Below, piece by piece: positions 59,834-64,000 of a stretch of DNA of 64,000 bases. How positions within the stretch are numbered: the first letter of the stretch is position 1; every line of letters starts with the position of its first letter. The position numbers and the translations under genes were made by a program. The stretch spans positions 92,705 through 156,704 of the forward strand of contig DATKGN010000004.1 in NCBI GenBank assembly GCA_035510735.1. Direction: 5' to 3'. Below the pieces are notes generated by a model that was given only the letters and a program-made list of their open reading frames with translations, ran no database searches and had not been told where the DNA came from. This DNA is from Patescibacteria group bacterium (GTDB taxonomy: Bacteria > Patescibacteriota > Microgenomatia > UBA10105 > UBA927).

Positions 59834-60163
59834 CACCTTCAGAACGGATGAACAACCATATGCCCGTTTGGATAGTTCTAGCAGGTATAGCCGTAATGTA
59901 GTATTTATCTTCAGCCTCTTGAAGCTTAAATAGGCGGGTATCTCGTTCGGTTATTTTATTCCGTAGCGACTGGTAAAACTTGTCGTACTCATCATCAGTA
60001 ATTCTACCGCCAAAAACATGTCTCTATATCCTGTCCTGAAGAATATATATAATACTTCTCATTACATAACGCGTGTCTGCATTATTCCGGTGACACAAAA
60101 TATTGTTATTTTAAAGCTGACGCCATTAAGCTTGCACACATGTTCCATAAAGCCTAAAAACAT

Positions 60164-61333
60164 ATGAAATTTCATTTCACGAATGGGAGTATTCGTAAAT
60201 TATTGCCTAGTAAATATCATTTGTTGTTGTCTATTTTTTCAATCTTCATTACCCTGGCTTTATTGGAAATTGTTTTGCAAATTGACTTCAGGCTAAAACA
60301 AAAATTTCAGTCTTCCCCGGTTCTCACGGAAACAGAAGAGATGCTCAGTGAATATGAAAATATAGAATATGAGTATCGCCCATATATTTTATGGAGAGCA
60401 AAGCCTAACGTTTACACAAAATATTACAGTACGAATAGTCTGGGTTTGCGCGGTAACGAATTCCAAAAAGAAAAGAGTCCAAATGTTTTTCGGATTATTC
60501 TCTTAGGGGGATCCGCGGCCTGGGGCTATGACGCCGGTTCGAATGAAAATACAATTAGCGTTCAATTAGAAAATATACTTCAAAAACAATTCTCTGAATC
60601 AAATAAGAAAATAGAAATTTATAATTTTGCAGAAAGTGGATATACCTCTTCACAGGAGATTATACTCTGGAATGAAATAAGCGATTATAATCCGGATCTT
60701 GTTATCCACTATACCGGTTATAATGACATTTTTGCAGGAGTTTACAGACTGAAGCCGGGATGGAATCACCATTTTATTCAAGAAGATTTGATCCTTTCAA
60801 AGGATAATTGGCATATCATTTTTACCTTGCTCAGTGTGCAAATTGATACTATGCTTCAAAATTTTCGATTATATGATTTGATTAAAGGAAAATTTTTTAG
60901 CGCCCCTCGCATAACTTCAATCGCTAGCAATGGTACAAGGACCTATTCTAATTTAGGAGAAATAGCTAATATCTTCGTGAAGAATATGTTTTTCTCTCAA
61001 CAGATAGCAAAAAGCAAAAACATCCGTTTCCTGATTGTATTGCAACCGTCAATTTTTACGGATCAAAAAATATTAACGAACCAAGAAAAGAAAATCTTTG
61101 ACGAATTTAACACAGCGTTTCCTTTGTCAGCAAACTACTTTCGCGACGGTTATCAAGATTTAGCCAACGGTCTCACACAGCTTGATATTCCCTTTATGGA
61201 CGGTTCAACCTTTTTTAAGGACGAACAAAATACGATATATTATGATACGGTTCATTATACTGACACAGGAAATACACAGGTTGCAGAATCGCTGGCAAAT
61301 TTAATTATTAGCGAAGGACTCCTTGACAAATGA
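60164..61333 (+). CDS. SGNH/GDSL-like hydrolase-fold protein with N-terminal TM anchor
   Basis: N-terminal TM. IILLGGSAAWG block resembling SGNH block I. C-terminal DxxH-like DTVHYT. Confidence 0.45.
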   Translation: MKFHFTNGSIRKLLPSKYHLLLSIFSIFITLALLEIVLQIDFRLKQKFQSSPVLTETEEMLSEYENIEYEYRPYILWRAKPNVYTKYYSTNSLGLRGNEFQKEKSPNVFRIILLGGSAAWGYDAGSNENTISVQLENILQKQFSESNKKIEIYNFAESGYTSSQEIILWNEISDYNPDLVIHYTGYNDIFAGVYRLKPGWNHHFIQEDLILSKDNWHIIFTLLSVQIDTMLQNFRLYDLIKGKFFSAPRITSIASNGTRTYSNLGEIANIFVKNMFFSQQIAKSKNIRFLIVLQPSIFTDQKILTNQEKKIFDEFNTAFPLSANYFRDGYQDLANGLTQLDIPFMDGSTFFKDEQNTIYYDTVHYTDTGNTQVAESLANLIISEGLLDK

Positions 61334-61615
61334 GATAAGAAATATACCTCTTACTTTATACCTATTCTATTTCGTTTCAGAATTGAATTGATATGTGTAG
61401 ATATAATCGGGTCTATGCTTTTTTTAGCTGCCCGCCCTAGAACCAGATAATTGATGCTCATTTGGACGAGGTAGTAAACGCACTTGTAAAAGTCGTAGAG
61501 ATAACATCAAAGGGTCAGGCGTAAGCTGGTTGTAGTTGGAAGGTTTCAAATACCGTCTGAATGTTCTGTAAGCTAAAACCAAACTCTATTTTATGATTAC
61601 GGAACATATCTACTA

Positions 61616-61648
61616 GGGGAGCAATTTCTACGGATTTCTTCGGATTTT
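61616..61648. repeat. 33-bp direct repeat, copy B (putative attR-like site)
   Basis: Identical to 56086-56118. Lies at the far edge of the AT-rich 5.5-kb segment. Confidence 0.7.
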
Positions 61649-61671
61649 CTTGCTTCTGTTATAATTTCTCC

Positions 61672-62589
61672 ATGAGAACAACAGATAATATCGCAGTTAT
61701 AGATAAGTATTTATCAATAGTTAAGAGTTATTATCCTGATGTTTCTGCCGATACCATAACGGTATTTCAGGATGGGTATGACCACGACGTTTTATTGATA
61801 AATACGCGTCAGGCATTTCGATTTCCTCGCACGAAAGATCACGGGAAAAAAGATCTTGTAGAAAATATATTTTTACGTGAGTTCGCGCCGTCTTCTCCGA
61901 TCACGGTACAAGAGATGACCGGTCAAGCTGATCCAAAAACCGGTATTGAGTATCAAATGTACCGATACATACAAGGCGTTCAACTCTCAACGAAAATCGC
62001 TTCAACTCTTACAGAACAGGAATTAGCAAACATAGCGATAGACATGGGAAAATTTTTAACTACACTGCACTCTTTTTCGCTCGTTGAAGCACGCTCGATG
62101 GGGATGGACGAACTTGATCCTAAGACGTATTGGAAGTACTTTGAAAGCCTTTTTGGAAAAATCAGTGTGACAATCTTCTCGTTATTATCAACAAACGAAC
62201 AACGTTGGATAGAGGAGCTTGTAAAAGATTACGTCAGCATAACAAGAGACAACCCTTTCGAGTTAAGAGTAACTCATTCCGATCTTCTTGCAGAACATAT
62301 AGTTGTTGATGAAACAACCCACAAGCTTAATGGTGTTATTGATTTCTCTTTGCGTATCGCTGATCCTGCAAATGACTTTAAATTTTTTGATAGATATGCA
62401 CCCATTTTCCTCCAAACAGTCTACAAGAACTATTTACCTGTAGATGAATATTTTGATCAGAGGAGAAGATTTTATGCAGCGTATGTTCCGGTTGTTAATC
62501 TTTATGAATCGATTGAAAGGAAGGACAACAAAATAACAGAGATATATCTAACTCAATTGAAAGAATATATTTTTCAAAGTAGCTTATAG
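61672..62589 (+). CDS. aminoglycoside-phosphotransferase (APH)-family kinase
   Basis: Brenner motif HSDLLAEHIVV and downstream GVIDFS (DFG-like) characteristic of the APH/choline-kinase fold. Confidence 0.65.
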   Translation: MRTTDNIAVIDKYLSIVKSYYPDVSADTITVFQDGYDHDVLLINTRQAFRFPRTKDHGKKDLVENIFLREFAPSSPITVQEMTGQADPKTGIEYQMYRYIQGVQLSTKIASTLTEQELANIAIDMGKFLTTLHSFSLVEARSMGMDELDPKTYWKYFESLFGKISVTIFSLLSTNEQRWIEELVKDYVSITRDNPFELRVTHSDLLAEHIVVDETTHKLNGVIDFSLRIADPANDFKFFDRYAPIFLQTVYKNYLPVDEYFDQRRRFYAAYVPVVNLYESIERKDNKITEIYLTQLKEYIFQSSL

Positions 62590-62613
62590 ATAATCCCAGT
62601 AAGTGAGCAACTT

Positions 62614-63201
62614 CTATGGATTTGATACTTTTTGGCCCCGGATGGGTTCGTAACTCACTTTTTCCTCTCCATCAACAAGTATTTTTTTAAACTGTGCGGG
62701 CAACGCATTCGCTTTGTGCATTAATGGTCCATCTTGGAGATTGAAATGGATGTGTGGTTGAGTCGTATTTCCGGTATTACCGCATAAACCTATTACATCA
62801 CCCTGCTTGACCTTATCGCCAATTTTTACTCGTATTGAATTATGTTTGAAATGACATAGAAGACTATATTCTCCGTTTTGGTGATCGATAATAATTGCAT
62901 TCCCTACACCGACGCTCCGGTCACGTTCTCCCGGAAGTACGTCAATTGACCCGTTAATGATTTGTATAACTAATCCGTCACCCGGAGCGAGCACTTCTTT
63001 CCCAAAAACCTTAAACTCCACAAGTTTTATTTCTTTTCCTGTATTTTCCATTCGAAAATCGTATGCATACAGTTGGTTTTGGGGGCCTTGCTCAGCTGGG
63101 CGTACATGATTATTTGTATCAGTAGTTCTGCCGCCGTTACTTACTAACCATGTACCGTGAAACGGAAGAATAAGATGTGTTTTTGTTTGGTAATCCATCA
63201 T
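62614..63201 (-). CDS. M23/LytM-family peptidase
   Basis: HxxxD...GNTGNTTQPHIHF motif set of M23 metallopeptidases. Confidence 0.75.
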   Translation of the reverse strand: MMDYQTKTHLILPFHGTWLVSNGGRTTDTNNHVRPAEQGPQNQLYAYDFRMENTGKEIKLVEFKVFGKEVLAPGDGLVIQIINGSIDVLPGERDRSVGVGNAIIIDHQNGEYSLLCHFKHNSIRVKIGDKVKQGDVIGLCGNTGNTTQPHIHFNLQDGPLMHKANALPAQFKKILVDGEEKVSYEPIRGQKVSNP

Positions 63202-63260
63202 TTAGATTATACAGTAATAGGTCCGAACATCCTCTACAGTTTGGAGCGCATTGGACTAAA

Positions 63261-63920
63261 TTATTCAGGTTTTGCCGCTTCAGAACGCGTCCCGACATAT
63301 GGATAATGATCCCCGGGTGATGCAAAATTTAAATGGAGGAGTCTTTCATTATTAGGAAAACTGGCATAAACATACCTATCACCACAACGGGAATCAAGCA
63401 AACGGCTCTCGGTTCTCTCTTTGTCAAAAAAATCTCCTGTTAAATCCCAACTATCTATTGATGCGATAATATACGTAGATAATCTTTGTCCCTGCAGCCC
63501 CAAAAATCCTAAGACTTCGCGGGCAACACCGTCCGAACCGTTTCGTAGAGGAGCGTCTATAGAAGTCTCAACGCCGATCCAGCCTCCGCCGCTACGTTCT
63601 TGTGTAATTGGTGCGCCCTCGCGTTTTGTGAAACTGCCAAACTCCGGAAATATTCTTTCAAGTAAATGTAGTCCTTCAGGGTCGGTTAATTCGTTTGAGA
63701 TATATACCAATTTCCCTCCGCCTTGTTCAAACGTTTTTAGGTGTTTTTCGTTCCAATCGCACTGAGGCACAATGAACGGCTGTTCCGCTCGTTTTCCGTA
63801 CACTTCGTATTTTGCCTGCCAATATCGGGTAAGAAGTTCCGGCGTATGAGGTCCTTCTTTCACCGCCAGCGTCAATTTTTCTAACAGAGCAATTGCTACC
63901 TGTGTATTTGTTTCTCTCAT
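63261..63920 (-). CDS. hypothetical protein
   Basis: 219-aa ORF. No motif. Confidence 0.35.
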   Translation of the reverse strand: MRETNTQVAIALLEKLTLAVKEGPHTPELLTRYWQAKYEVYGKRAEQPFIVPQCDWNEKHLKTFEQGGGKLVYISNELTDPEGLHLLERIFPEFGSFTKREGAPITQERSGGGWIGVETSIDAPLRNGSDGVAREVLGFLGLQGQRLSTYIIASIDSWDLTGDFFDKERTESRLLDSRCGDRYVYASFPNNERLLHLNFASPGDHYPYVGTRSEAAKPE

Positions 63921-64000
63921 ATATTGTATTTAAGGAATTAGAATCATTTGTCTTACACAACTTGCTGAGCCGGAATCTTGATCTGCAGCATCAATAGCGC

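Overview
This 64-kb contig looks like it comes from an uncultivated, small-genome bacterium, possibly Patescibacteria/CPR-like, though that is an inference. Most genes have only weak database-type homology, there are many secreted Thr/Pro/Gly-rich surface proteins, and one tRNA contains a group I intron. The backbone is moderately GC-rich and carries housekeeping genes: hflX, a dnaG-rpoD pair, a MacAB/HlyD-like ABC efflux set with an adjacent two-component system, an aquaporin, MFS and FTR1 transporters, an ApbE/FMN-binding flavin cluster, and Bcp. Three AT-rich accessory islands are embedded in this backbone. The first (1-9.2 kb) holds an hsdR with no hsdM/hsdS in the window, with an unknown translationally coupled gene upstream and a DUF45 hydrolase downstream, followed by a run of nuclease-fold genes (VRR-NUC, DUF2779, FtsK-gamma wHTH, PD-(D/E)XK) and a large zinc-ribbon protein. 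The second (18.3-28.3 kb) is a candidate defence island: a RhuM-Fic fusion plus a Fic gene, two tandem DUF3800 paralogs, DUF4112, RadC/JAB, and a coupled MazG-like NTP-pyrophosphatase and DUF2075 nuclease-ATPase followed by a Cas4-like Fe-S nuclease. Several of these genes are preceded by a recurring hairpin plus a GGGAGTATAAT promoter-like module. The third (56.1-61.6 kb) is a 5.5-kb islet bounded by a perfect 33-bp direct repeat that overlaps the 3' end of an intron-containing tRNA-Asn. The candidate for an undescribed system is the defence-like island at 22-28 kb with its shared regulatory repeat; the best-supported individual discoveries are the tRNA intron and the tRNA-associated islet. 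No CRISPR array, rRNA or transposase was seen.
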